DNA of 55,615 nt from Methanobacteriota archaeon (lineage in GTDB: Archaea; Undinarchaeota; Undinarchaeia; Undinarchaeales; Undinarchaeaceae). Under the pieces are notes generated by a model, which was not told the DNA's origin, made no database searches, and saw only the letters and a list, made by a program, of their open reading frames with translations. Shown here piece by piece: positions 8,694 to 17,743 of this stretch (its first letter is position 1; each line of letters starts with the position of its first letter). The stretch lies in contig NZBN01000010.1 of NCBI GenBank assembly GCA_002687935.1, positions 1-55,615 of the forward strand. Reading direction: 5' to 3'. Position numbers and translations under genes: made by a program.

Positions 8694-9383
8694 ATGCCAT
8701 CTGATGAGACTGCGATAGTGCTAGATTACTTACCAGAAGGAAGAATGGAGTCAAATATCCCTGGCTACAGAAGAGAAAAAAATGTGGCTCAGATAGTTGG
8801 TGACAGATTTTTTAGTCTTCTCGAGATAGTTCTAAGGGAAGGTCATTCAACAAGTGCAAGCAAGGTACTCTATATTGGAAAAGGTGTCAGAGAAGATGTT
8901 CATCACATAGTTAAGCGCCTGAATTATGATGAGCTTACTTCAACAGGAAAGGTTGAACTGGAATTTACTCTTGACAAACTTATAAGTGAGCAGGAAGAGC
9001 GATTTATAAAATTTTTCAATGAATGCGGTCCATTGACAACCAGACTTCACAGGCTTGAGCTTCTCCCTGGTGTCGGAAAGAAGCACATGATGGAGCTTGT
9101 CAGAATTCGAAATATAAAACTCTTCGAAAGTTTTGCGGATTTGGCAGAGCGAGTCAAACTACTTCCAGATCCAAAGAAAATTCTCATAAAGAGAATAATC
9201 TGGGAACTCAGAGGAGAAGACGACAGAGGAAAACAAATCAAATACAAGCTTCTTGTTGGAGTTCCTCTCTTCGCTGACGACGTGCCGACACAAGAAGCTC
9301 CTTCTGAAGCAGCTCTTGCAGAAGCCTCCTCAGAAGAGGTAGTCACTGAAACAAAATCGGAGCCTGAAGCTTCGAAGGAATAA
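8694..9383 (+). CDS. DUF655 putative RNA-binding protein with acidic tail
   Basis: AIVLDYLPEG, FFNECGPLTTRLHRLELLPGVGKK (HhH), FESFADL.ERV. Confidence 0.9.
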   Translation: MPSDETAIVLDYLPEGRMESNIPGYRREKNVAQIVGDRFFSLLEIVLREGHSTSASKVLYIGKGVREDVHHIVKRLNYDELTSTGKVELEFTLDKLISEQEERFIKFFNECGPLTTRLHRLELLPGVGKKHMMELVRIRNIKLFESFADLAERVKLLPDPKKILIKRIIWELRGEDDRGKQIKYKLLVGVPLFADDVPTQEAPSEAALAEASSEEVVTETKSEPEASKE

Positions 9384-10162
9384 TGCTTCTCCAAGAACTT
9401 AAGAAAATTCTAAAAGAGAATAATTTTTTTCTGTCTAAGTCACTGGACCAACATTTTCTCTATGCCGATTCAATACTAAAGCGTGAAGTTGAATATGCAG
9501 AAATAAATACTGAAGATAAACTTCTTGAGATAGGTCCTGGTATTGGAACTCTTACAGAGAAAATACTTGAAAAAACAAATAATCTGACAGTTATAGAAAT
9601 TGATTCAAAATTTGAACCCCTTCTTCAGAAAAATGTGGGGGAAGTCATAATTGGTGACGCTCTTAAAGTTGAATGGCCGGAATGTAACAAGATAATTTCA
9701 AATGTTCCCTATTCTATCTCAAGTCCTCTAGTTTTCAAGATACTTGAACAGCCAATAGAGCTTGCAGTTCTCTGTCTTCAGAAAGAATTTGCAAATAGAA
9801 TGGTGGCTGAACCCGGAACAAAAAATTATTCAAGACTTTCAGTTAATTGCGCAGTAAGGGCAGACATAGAGTTTTTGGAAACAATTTCCAAAGGAAAGTT
9901 CTTTCCAATTCCTCTAGTTGATTCAGCACTCGTAAGACTTCGTCCGAAAAATATACACCTTCCTGAGAAGTTTGATGATATAACAAGGGCAATTTTCCAA
10001 CACAAAAACAAGAAACTTAGAAATGCTTTGATGGACTCTTACCATGAAATCGGAACAAAGGAAGAAGTTGCCAGTTTTGTAGAATCTCTTGGTGAAATAG
10101 TTCAGACCAAGGTTTTCAAACTCACTCCGGAGGATATTATAAATATCTCCAGTCAATATTGA
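9383..10162 (+). CDS. rsmA: 16S rRNA dimethyladenosine transferase
   Basis: LDQHFL, LEIGPGIGTLT, ISNVPYSISS, LQKEFA.RM.A. Confidence 0.95.
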   Translation: MLLQELKKILKENNFFLSKSLDQHFLYADSILKREVEYAEINTEDKLLEIGPGIGTLTEKILEKTNNLTVIEIDSKFEPLLQKNVGEVIIGDALKVEWPECNKIISNVPYSISSPLVFKILEQPIELAVLCLQKEFANRMVAEPGTKNYSRLSVNCAVRADIEFLETISKGKFFPIPLVDSALVRLRPKNIHLPEKFDDITRAIFQHKNKKLRNALMDSYHEIGTKEEVASFVESLGEIVQTKVFKLTPEDIINISSQY

Positions 10163-10166
10163 GATT

Positions 10167-10853
10167 ATGGCTGAGCTTATGTTCAAGGCTGAGGATGTCT
10201 GGAAGACCTATATTATGGGTGAGACAAAGACTCATGCTCTTGCCGGAGCATCTCTTGATGTAAAGAAAGGAGAATATGTTTCTATTATTGGACAAAGCGG
10301 TTCTGGGAAAAGCACTATTATGCATATGATTGGTTGTTTAGATTCTCCTACAAGTGGCAAGGTTTTTGTAGAGGGAAGAGATGTCTCAAAACTTTCATCG
10401 AATGAGCTGGCACGAATAAGAAGAGTCCAACTTGGCTTTGTTTTCCAATCTTACAATCTTGTGTCCGGTCTGACAGCTCTTGAAAATGTCTCTCTTCCTC
10501 AACGTTTTGCGGGAGCTACAAAGGAGGAGGCAGAAAAGGAAGCAACAAAGAATCTCAAAGCAGTAGGTCTTGACGACAGAATGCTTCACAAGCCAACAGA
10601 GCTTTCCGGTGGTCAGCAGCAGCGTGTTGCAATCGCAAGAGCGCTTGTCAATGATCCCGATGCTATACTGGCTGATGAGCCAACAGGAAATTTGGATTCA
10701 AAGACAAGTAGGGAGATAGTTGATCTCCTTAATCATTTGAATTCAAAGAAGAAAAAAACTCTTGTTACAATAACTCATGACAGGAAGATAGCAGAAGACG
10801 CAGACAGAAAGATATATATTAAAGATGGGAAAATCCATAGTAAAGGGAAATGA
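10167..10853 (+). CDS. ABC transporter ATP-binding protein (MacB/LolD family)
   Basis: GQSGSGKST, LSGGQQQRVAIARAL, ADEPTGNLD, THD. Confidence 0.95.
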   Translation: MAELMFKAEDVWKTYIMGETKTHALAGASLDVKKGEYVSIIGQSGSGKSTIMHMIGCLDSPTSGKVFVEGRDVSKLSSNELARIRRVQLGFVFQSYNLVSGLTALENVSLPQRFAGATKEEAEKEATKNLKAVGLDDRMLHKPTELSGGQQQRVAIARALVNDPDAILADEPTGNLDSKTSREIVDLLNHLNSKKKKTLVTITHDRKIAEDADRKIYIKDGKIHSKGK

Positions 10854-11995
10854 AAAAACTATTATCTATTCTAATATTTGTGATTGCGATATCGCAGTCA
10901 GCCTATGCAGTCGAGGAACCACTTACTGCAAGCTTCCTAATTTCTGAGGAAAATATACAACCTGGTGAAACATTTGAATTTCGAATGATTCTGGAAAACA
11001 CAGGAACAAATGGAATCACAAATATACAATATGAAGTGGTTGGAGGTCCTGACCTTTCAGGTTTCCCTTCTGGTGTTACACTTTTAGGCGGAGTAGCTAC
11101 TGGAAGCTCAGTTTCCCACAATATTCCGGTAGCAGTTTCAGGTGATGCAAGTTCCGGGAAGCACACCCTATCTTTCCTGATAAAATACCAGCTAAATTCT
11201 CTTGATCAAACTCTTGTAGTAAGTTTCGACTTTGATGTTGGAAGCAATGTTCTTTTCAGAATTTCTGATGTCACTTACGAAGGCGGTCTCCTTGAGCCAG
11301 GTCAGACTTCGAAAACATACGTGACTCTTTCAAATGTTGGTGGTGATAGTGCAAAAGATATATTGGCAACATTCAGCTCTTCAAACACAGAGGTAAAATC
11401 AGTACTCGAGGGAGGAACAGACTTTATTTCATCAATTTCTTCTTTCCAGTCCGGTGTTCTTGAGTTCATTCTTGAGGTTGAGAGTGGAACTGAAGCCAAA
11501 GTTTATGATTCAGAGATAGAGTTGACATACAAGGACTCAAAAGGCAATGAGTATACAGAAAAACTTTCCTTGGGACTTCCTGTCAAAGGAGTTCCAAATC
11601 TTGAAGTTTTGAATACAGAGTTGGATAATGAGGATTTTAAAGTGGAGATTGAAAATCTTGGAACAGCAAAGGCAAAGGCGATATCTGTCAAACTCATTCA
11701 GAATGGGGATCTCATGGGTGTTAAGATAGACAACGAGCTCAAGCCTGACAAACTTTCAACACTTCGATTCAAAAATTTCAGAGGGGGAACAGGACAACTG
11801 GAACTTCACTATCTTGACGATGAAAACCAAGAGTATGATGAAACAGTTTATGTTGAAGTTCCTGGAAGGGGTACTCCCCTTAACACATTAACTGTTCTTC
11901 TATTGTTACTAGTTGCTGCTGAAACTGTTTATATTTATCGCAAAAAGAAGGGTAAATCCCGCCTTCCTTTTACGTCTTCCAAGAAAAAAGCATAG
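10850..11995 (+). CDS. COG1361-type S-layer/Ig-like domain protein, signal peptide plus C-terminal TM
   Basis: Signal peptide; repeated (I/L)..G.T....(I/L).N.G Ig motifs; C-terminal TM helix with basic tail; in an ABC operon. Confidence 0.75.
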   Translation: MKKLLSILIFVIAISQSAYAVEEPLTASFLISEENIQPGETFEFRMILENTGTNGITNIQYEVVGGPDLSGFPSGVTLLGGVATGSSVSHNIPVAVSGDASSGKHTLSFLIKYQLNSLDQTLVVSFDFDVGSNVLFRISDVTYEGGLLEPGQTSKTYVTLSNVGGDSAKDILATFSSSNTEVKSVLEGGTDFISSISSFQSGVLEFILEVESGTEAKVYDSEIELTYKDSKGNEYTEKLSLGLPVKGVPNLEVLNTELDNEDFKVEIENLGTAKAKAISVKLIQNGDLMGVKIDNELKPDKLSTLRFKNFRGGTGQLELHYLDDENQEYDETVYVEVPGRGTPLNTLTVLLLLLVAAETVYIYRKKKGKSRLPFTSSKKKA

Positions 11996-12005
11996 GGGAA
12001 TTTAA

Positions 12006-13106
12006 ATGATAGACCTGGCGCTGAAGGATCTTCGAAGTCACAGGATGCGTACCTTTCTCACAATTTTGGGAATAGTTATTGGCATTACAACTATAGTTTC
12101 TCTCGGTTCAATTTCTTCAGGTATTAACAGTCTTGTCGAAGGTCAGCTCAATATTGTTTCCGGAAAAATTGTGGTTACTCAACACGGAGCAGAGCCTGCG
12201 TCAGGACCTCCCTCAGGCAAAGTTAGTGAAGATATCATTGATGAAATAAGGCAAATTTCCGGCGTTGAAGAAGTCGCAGGTATGCGTTTTGAGCTATGGG
12301 GCAATTTTGTGATAAATGGTGTTGAAATTGATAAGCGCGAATCTATAGGTCTTGGTCAGGTTGAACTTGAAGAAGGTGATTGGGCTGACGTAGGTGCTTA
12401 CGAAGTTACTATGGGCTACCATACCAAGAAGCAGTATGACTTGAACCTCGGGGATTCGGTATCTGTTGAAGGTGAAGACCTTCGCGTTGTAGGACATCTT
12501 GAGGAAGTAGGTGGTTTCATGGATTTTGCTCTCATAACTTCCTGGACAACATTAAATGAAATTTTCGGAGAAGAGGATTATTTCACAATGGTTTTTGTGA
12601 AGCCCCAGGATTTGAGCATAAGTGAGGAAATTTCTGAAAAAATAAAAGAAGAGTTTCCAGAATTAAGTGTTGAAACTACTGAAAGTGCTTCTGAGAATGC
12701 AGAGGAGTCAATACAGCAAATTCGTCTAATAACACTTGGTATTGGCTTTGTGGCAACTCTTGTTGCAATGTTCGGTATAATAAATACAATGGTTATGTCT
12801 GTGAATGAGAAACGCCGTCAGATAGGGATAATGAAGGCAGTCGGAGCCACAAAAAGACAGATAATCATTCGCTTTTTTGAGGAAAGCATTATAATGGGTC
12901 TGGTTGGAAGTTTCGTAGGTCTATTTCTTGGATATCTTGGAACTTCAGCTCTCAATATCCAACTTGGTATGAAAATGGCCCGAGTTACTCCTAGTCTCGC
13001 ATTTTTCAGCGTAATGTTTGCAATGTCAATAACACTTATCGCAACAATATATCCTGCCATAAAGGCAATGAAGGTCGATCCAATCTCGGCAATAAGGGGG
13101 AATTAG
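12006..13106 (+). CDS. ABC transporter permease (MacB/FtsX family)
   Basis: MRTFLTILGIVIG, NTMVMSVNEKRRQIGIMKAVGA, AMKVDPISAIR. Confidence 0.93.
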   Translation: MIDLALKDLRSHRMRTFLTILGIVIGITTIVSLGSISSGINSLVEGQLNIVSGKIVVTQHGAEPASGPPSGKVSEDIIDEIRQISGVEEVAGMRFELWGNFVINGVEIDKRESIGLGQVELEEGDWADVGAYEVTMGYHTKKQYDLNLGDSVSVEGEDLRVVGHLEEVGGFMDFALITSWTTLNEIFGEEDYFTMVFVKPQDLSISEEISEKIKEEFPELSVETTESASENAEESIQQIRLITLGIGFVATLVAMFGIINTMVMSVNEKRRQIGIMKAVGATKRQIIIRFFEESIIMGLVGSFVGLFLGYLGTSALNIQLGMKMARVTPSLAFFSVMFAMSITLIATIYPAIKAMKVDPISAIRGN

Positions 13107-13107
13107 T

Positions 13108-14208
13108 ATGCTCTGGGAAATGGTCCGTGCCCAATTGTCAAGACATAAGCTAAGAACTGCGCTTACTATACTTAGCATTTTTATCGGGATTTTCCTCTTG
13201 TCCAGCACGGTTTCCTTTTCAGAGGGACTAAGAGTTACTTTGGAAGAAAATATGGGTTTATTTTCTGGTGTCGTCGTCGTTATGGAAGAGGGTGCTTCAA
13301 TGACAGACCCTTTTACAAGTGAGATTGATGAGTTTCTAGTTGCTGAAATAGAGGCCATGGCTGATGTTGAAATGGCAAGGGCGTTTACAATGGAAATTTC
13401 TGATGCCGGAATGATTGCAGGGATGGATTCTGATGCCTTTGAGGTATATGGTTTTGATGTAGGTTTTAGTGACGGTGAAATGTTTGATGATAAATCTGAT
13501 CGTGAAGTTGTACTCGGCTCAACTTATTCTAAACACAATAACAAAGGCGTTGGTGACGAAATTACAATCTATAATAAAAAATATGAGGTTGTTGGAGTTC
13601 TCGAAACCATAGGGAGCGCCGGCGATGACAGCAGTATCTTTATATCACTCGAAGAGACTCAGAGGCTGAGCGGAAAAGAGGATATAGTAATGATGATTTC
13701 CGTAAAATCTTCAAATATAGATGATGCAGAAAATGTCGCAAACCAGATTATAGGTGAATTTGATGTCATGGCTCTGTCTGACAAAGAAATGATGCGACAG
13801 ATTCAGGATCTTATGGGGAGCCTTAACATTGCAATTTATGCTATCGGTATAATTTCTTCAATTGTTGCAGGAATTGTCATAATGAATGTTATGTTCATGT
13901 CAGTCAGTGAGAGAACAACTGAAATCGGGGCAATGAAGGCAATAGGGGCTACAAACAAACAAGTTCTCTCTGAAGTTATTACAGAGTCTGTTGTGATGAG
14001 CTTGGTCGGGGGTACTTTAGGAGTCTTCGTCAGTTTTGTTCTTGCAAAGAGTCTTAATATCTACCTAGATACGCGCTTGATGGAAGTAACTGGACGTCTT
14101 ATAATAATTTCAATTCTCTATTCTGGATTCCTTGGCGCTCTTGGAAGTTTCCTACCTGCCAGACAGGCTATGAACATAGACCCAATTGAAGCCTTGAGAT
14201 ATGAATAA
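13108..14208 (+). CDS. ABC transporter permease (MacB/FtsX family), second paralog
   Basis: LRTALTILSIFIG, NVMFMSVSERTTEIGAMKAIGA, PARQAMNIDPIEALRYE. Confidence 0.93.
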   Translation: MLWEMVRAQLSRHKLRTALTILSIFIGIFLLSSTVSFSEGLRVTLEENMGLFSGVVVVMEEGASMTDPFTSEIDEFLVAEIEAMADVEMARAFTMEISDAGMIAGMDSDAFEVYGFDVGFSDGEMFDDKSDREVVLGSTYSKHNNKGVGDEITIYNKKYEVVGVLETIGSAGDDSSIFISLEETQRLSGKEDIVMMISVKSSNIDDAENVANQIIGEFDVMALSDKEMMRQIQDLMGSLNIAIYAIGIISSIVAGIVIMNVMFMSVSERTTEIGAMKAIGATNKQVLSEVITESVVMSLVGGTLGVFVSFVLAKSLNIYLDTRLMEVTGRLIIISILYSGFLGALGSFLPARQAMNIDPIEALRYE

Positions 14209-14232
14209 ATAAGCTGACGACAAAACGCTTTT

Positions 14233-15432
14233 ATGAAACTACCTCCTGTCAGCATATGCCCTTTCTGCAAAGGCAAGCACGAGCTTCCAATACCAAAGCA
14301 CTGCAAGGTCTTTCTCCAGCGCGGGACAGACAGGAAATTAAATCAGAAATTCTCCAAGGATTTTTCAGGTCCGAGTACTTCAGTTTTCGTCGGTCGTTAT
14401 GGATATCCAAATGTAAATATAGGTCCTTCGGGAGTTCTTGACCACGAACTTGCGGGCTCTATTGATAATCCCTCAGAGTGGATTACAATGGACTATACAA
14501 ATGTAATTGAAATGCGAAGCTTTCTTTTGCGTTCGAAGACCTCTCAAGGAATTTACTCAAAAGAAAGAGTAGTTCAGGACTCTCAGCTTCTTTCAATGGC
14601 TTCAAAACCAACAGAAGTGGAGATGAACTTCAGAAAGAAGCCAAACTTTAACTTAAGTTTTTCAAATGTGATACAGCCGATGGGACCCACAGCAGAGCTG
14701 GAAAAACTGTCTTTGACGGAAAACCCGAAAATAGCAAGAAAAGTCGATTATATTGTTTCGGATGAGCTTAAGGCCTCGGATCAGGCAGGCAATCTCTATG
14801 AAGAGGGACTCGACATCTACAAAATAACTTCAATTTTATCTTCAGGAACTCTCGGTCTTAAACAGAAGCTGGTTCCTACGCGCTGGAGTATAACTGCAAC
14901 AGATGATATAGTAGCAAAAAATCTTCTTCCGGAAGTTCGTTGTTTTAAGAGCTTGGACACGTTCAAGGTTTTCGAGGCAGAGCATTTTGATAACCATTTC
15001 GTTATAGTCCTTGCCCCTGGAAAGTGGGAGTTCGAAAACTTTGAAGCATGGGCTCCCGGAAGCAACTGGGAAGCTTATACTGACTCTCTGGTTATTGAAG
15101 AATACGAGCCTCACGAGGGACGAACAAAATACGCAGAAAAACAGGCCGGTGGCTATTATGCTGCGCGCCTTCCTGCTGTTGAATATCTCCACTCAATCAG
15201 AAAACAGGCTCGCGTCCTTTCATTCCGTGAAATAAGTGAGGGCTATTCCGTGCCTCTTGGAGTCTGGGTAGTTCGGGAAACAGTCAGACAGGCATTTAAG
15301 AAAAAGCCGCTTGAGTTCAGCACTATGGAGGAAGTATTGAAATATGCGGAAAGCAGACTTAAAGTTCCAATGCAGGTTTACAAAAAGAAGAGCGCTCTTC
15401 TCCAGCAAAGGAGGCTGGTGGATTTTAGTTAA
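14233..15432 (+). CDS. nreA: archaeal DNA repair protein Nre
   Basis: CPFCKG, SVFVGRYGYPNVNIGP, KLVPTRWSITATD, GGYYAARL, YSVPLGVWVVRETVR; C-terminal PIP box QRRLVDF. Confidence 0.93.
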   Translation: MKLPPVSICPFCKGKHELPIPKHCKVFLQRGTDRKLNQKFSKDFSGPSTSVFVGRYGYPNVNIGPSGVLDHELAGSIDNPSEWITMDYTNVIEMRSFLLRSKTSQGIYSKERVVQDSQLLSMASKPTEVEMNFRKKPNFNLSFSNVIQPMGPTAELEKLSLTENPKIARKVDYIVSDELKASDQAGNLYEEGLDIYKITSILSSGTLGLKQKLVPTRWSITATDDIVAKNLLPEVRCFKSLDTFKVFEAEHFDNHFVIVLAPGKWEFENFEAWAPGSNWEAYTDSLVIEEYEPHEGRTKYAEKQAGGYYAARLPAVEYLHSIRKQARVLSFREISEGYSVPLGVWVVRETVRQAFKKKPLEFSTMEEVLKYAESRLKVPMQVYKKKSALLQQRRLVDFS

Positions 15433-15462
15433 GTTTTTAAGACAATAGTCATTAATGAACTT

Positions 15463-16140
15463 ATGAGCTGGCTAGACGATTTGATGGGCACCGGTGATGA
15501 GGGGCAATATCCTTCCCACAGACTGGCGGGAGCCCTCGGAATTCTTTTGCTAATTATTTATGCTTCATTAGGACTTTCCTATGCGCCTTTTACTGCTCTC
15601 TGGGGAAGACTTTTAGATTTGCTTACTGCGGTCAAGGGAAATTATGTTATGATGCTTTCTCTTGCCCCTCTCTACATTAATTGGATTTCTTCTGATTATT
15701 TCCAGGAGAGAAGGGGGGCAACACTTGGAAATGCTGCCTCAAACGGCTTCACAGGACTCTGGGTCGCCTTCGACTGGGGACGCGCTGCCTATGTCGGATA
15801 CGCTGTTACACAATCCGCTGCATACTTTACTGCAAAAATTTTCCTTGCTTTCATCATGGCGGTATATGGCGGTCTAATAATCTTTGAGGCGGCCAGTGGA
15901 AAAAGAATAGCCCGAATAATAGGCCGTGTCAGGGAAATATCATTTTTTGCAATTATTCTTACTCCGGTTGCATACGGTGTATATCCCTTCGATAAACTAA
16001 CTCTTCTGACACTGATTGTGTTCTATCCTCTATTCTACGGGCTTATAGAATTCCTTAATTTCTTCGTTCTTCCTGTTCCGAAAACTGAAGCACCCAGAGA
16101 AGACGAAAGAGAAGAAGATGAAGAAAGTGAAGAGGAGTAA
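15463..16140 (+). CDS. polytopic membrane protein of unknown function with acidic C-tail
   Basis: 225-aa ORF with about six hydrophobic segments; fills the gene space. Confidence 0.7.
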   Translation: MSWLDDLMGTGDEGQYPSHRLAGALGILLLIIYASLGLSYAPFTALWGRLLDLLTAVKGNYVMMLSLAPLYINWISSDYFQERRGATLGNAASNGFTGLWVAFDWGRAAYVGYAVTQSAAYFTAKIFLAFIMAVYGGLIIFEAASGKRIARIIGRVREISFFAIILTPVAYGVYPFDKLTLLTLIVFYPLFYGLIEFLNFFVLPVPKTEAPREDEREEDEESEEE

Positions 16141-16231
16141 ATAGCGATTTATAGAGGCTTGCACATACAAATTATAGTCCCATTTTTCTGCCAGGAATAT
16201 TATTATATATCACTTCATCCTATAGAATAAT

Positions 16232-16867
16232 ATGGCTAAAGAAAAAACTACCACTACAGAGAAAGACGAAGTTCTGACTATAGAAGGTAAGCGCAGAGAT
16301 ATTCTTGGAAAAAACAACATAGGCACTCTAATTATTACAGGTGACGCAGGAGAGTTTGTAGGCAGTGGAAACAAAGGCACAATCACAGTTATAGGCAAGG
16401 CAGGAAATGGTGTGGGCGATACAAACAAAGGCACAATCACAATTATAGGCAAGGCAGGAAATGGTGTGGGCGCTACAAACAAAGGCACAATCACAATTAT
16501 AGGCAAGGCAGGAAATGGTGTGGGCGCTACAAACAAAGGCACAATCACAGTTACAGGTGACGCAGGAAAGGATGTGGGCGATGGAAACGAAGGCACAATC
16601 ACAATTAACGGCAACGCAGGAAAGGATGTAGGCAATGGAAACGAAGGCACTCTAATTATTACAGGTGACGCAGGAGCTCATGCGGGCGAGAGCAACGAAG
16701 GCACAATCACAGTTAACGGCAACGCAGGAAAACGTGTTGGACATGATAACTACGGCACAATCACAGTTACAGGCACAATAGAAGAACTCCACAAATACGC
16801 TTCCGGCACAATCATAGCAGGAGATGTAACAGAAGACCACGGCATTCCTTGGACTAAAATAACTTAG
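16232..16867 (+). CDS. GXGXG/FwdC-GltB-C-like beta-helix repeat protein, paralog 1 (8 x 18-aa repeats)
   Basis: 30-aa N-cap, 8 repeats of GTIT(V/I)xG(D/N/K)AGxxVGxxN(K/E), 37-aa C-cap ending GTIIAGDVTEDHGIPWTKIT. Confidence 0.85.
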   Translation: MAKEKTTTTEKDEVLTIEGKRRDILGKNNIGTLIITGDAGEFVGSGNKGTITVIGKAGNGVGDTNKGTITIIGKAGNGVGATNKGTITIIGKAGNGVGATNKGTITVTGDAGKDVGDGNEGTITINGNAGKDVGNGNEGTLIITGDAGAHAGESNEGTITVNGNAGKRVGHDNYGTITVTGTIEELHKYASGTIIAGDVTEDHGIPWTKIT

Positions 16868-16909
16868 CCGAGAAATATTATTATATAACAATTCATCTTA
16901 TAGAATAAT

Positions 16910-17707
16910 ATGGCTGAAGAAAAAAATACCACTACCAAGAAAAAAGAAGTTCTTATTATTGAAGGTAAGGGCAGACGCAATCTTGGAAAAAACAACATAG
17001 GCACTCTAATTATTACAGGTGACGCAGGATATGTTGTGGGCGATACAAACAAAGGCACAATCACAATTATAGGCAACGCAGGAAATGGTGTGGGCGATAC
17101 AAACAAAGGCACAATCACAGTTACAGGCAACGTAGACAAAACTGTGGGCTTTAAAAACAAAGGCATAATCACAGTTACAGGCAACGCAGGAGATTATGTG
17201 GGCATTAGAAACAAAGGCACAATCACAGTTAACGGCAACGCAGGAGATAAGCCTGGGGAAGATAATAAAAGCACAATCATAGTCAAAGGCAACGCAGGAA
17301 ATGGTGTGGGCTTTAAAAACAAAGGCACAATCATAGTCTTTGGCAACACAGGAGATAAGGTGGGCGAGAGCAACGAAGGCACAATCACAATTATAGGCAA
17401 GGCAGGAGATAGTGTGGGCTTTAAAAACAAAGGCATAATCACAGTTAACGGCAAGGCAGGAGAGTTTGTAGGCAATGGAAACAAAGGCACAATCACAGTT
17501 ACAGGTGACGCAGGAGATTATGTGGGCGATGGAAACAAAGGCACAATCACAGTTAACGGCAAGGCAGGAGATTATGTGGGCTGGGGAAACGAAGGCACAA
17601 TCACAGTTACAGGCACAATAAAATCACTTGATAGAAAGGCTTCCGGCACAATCATAGCAGGAGATGTAACGGAAGACCACGGCATTCCTTGGACTAAAAT
17701 AACTTAG
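16910..17707 (+). CDS. GXGXG/FwdC-GltB-C-like beta-helix repeat protein, paralog 2 (11 x 18-aa repeats)
   Basis: Same N-cap and C-cap as paralog 1, with 11 repeats. Confidence 0.85.
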   Translation: MAEEKNTTTKKKEVLIIEGKGRRNLGKNNIGTLIITGDAGYVVGDTNKGTITIIGNAGNGVGDTNKGTITVTGNVDKTVGFKNKGIITVTGNAGDYVGIRNKGTITVNGNAGDKPGEDNKSTIIVKGNAGNGVGFKNKGTIIVFGNTGDKVGESNEGTITIIGKAGDSVGFKNKGIITVNGKAGEFVGNGNKGTITVTGDAGDYVGDGNKGTITVNGKAGDYVGWGNEGTITVTGTIKSLDRKASGTIIAGDVTEDHGIPWTKIT

Positions 17708-17743
17708 CCGAGAATTATTCACCAGATCTGAAAGGAGTCCAAT

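Larger units (their letters stand above)
16196..17714 (+). repeat. tandem duplication (678 + 840 bp) containing 54-bp coding repeats
   Basis: 16799-16874 and 17639-17714 differ at 1 of 76 bp and extend past the stop codon. Upstream AATATTATTATATA...TATAGAATAATATGGCT is duplicated. The 162-bp length difference equals 3 x 54. Confidence 0.9.

Noticed and set aside
16210-17496. Minus-strand Pro/Val-rich repeat ORFs (16210-16650, 16864-17184, 17194-17496)
   Set aside because: Antisense shadows of the Gly/Thr-rich repeat genes.
16232-17707. Diversity-generating retroelement TR/VR pair
   Set aside because: Differences between repeats are not confined to adenines and no reverse transcriptase is in the window; the pattern fits repeat recombination better.
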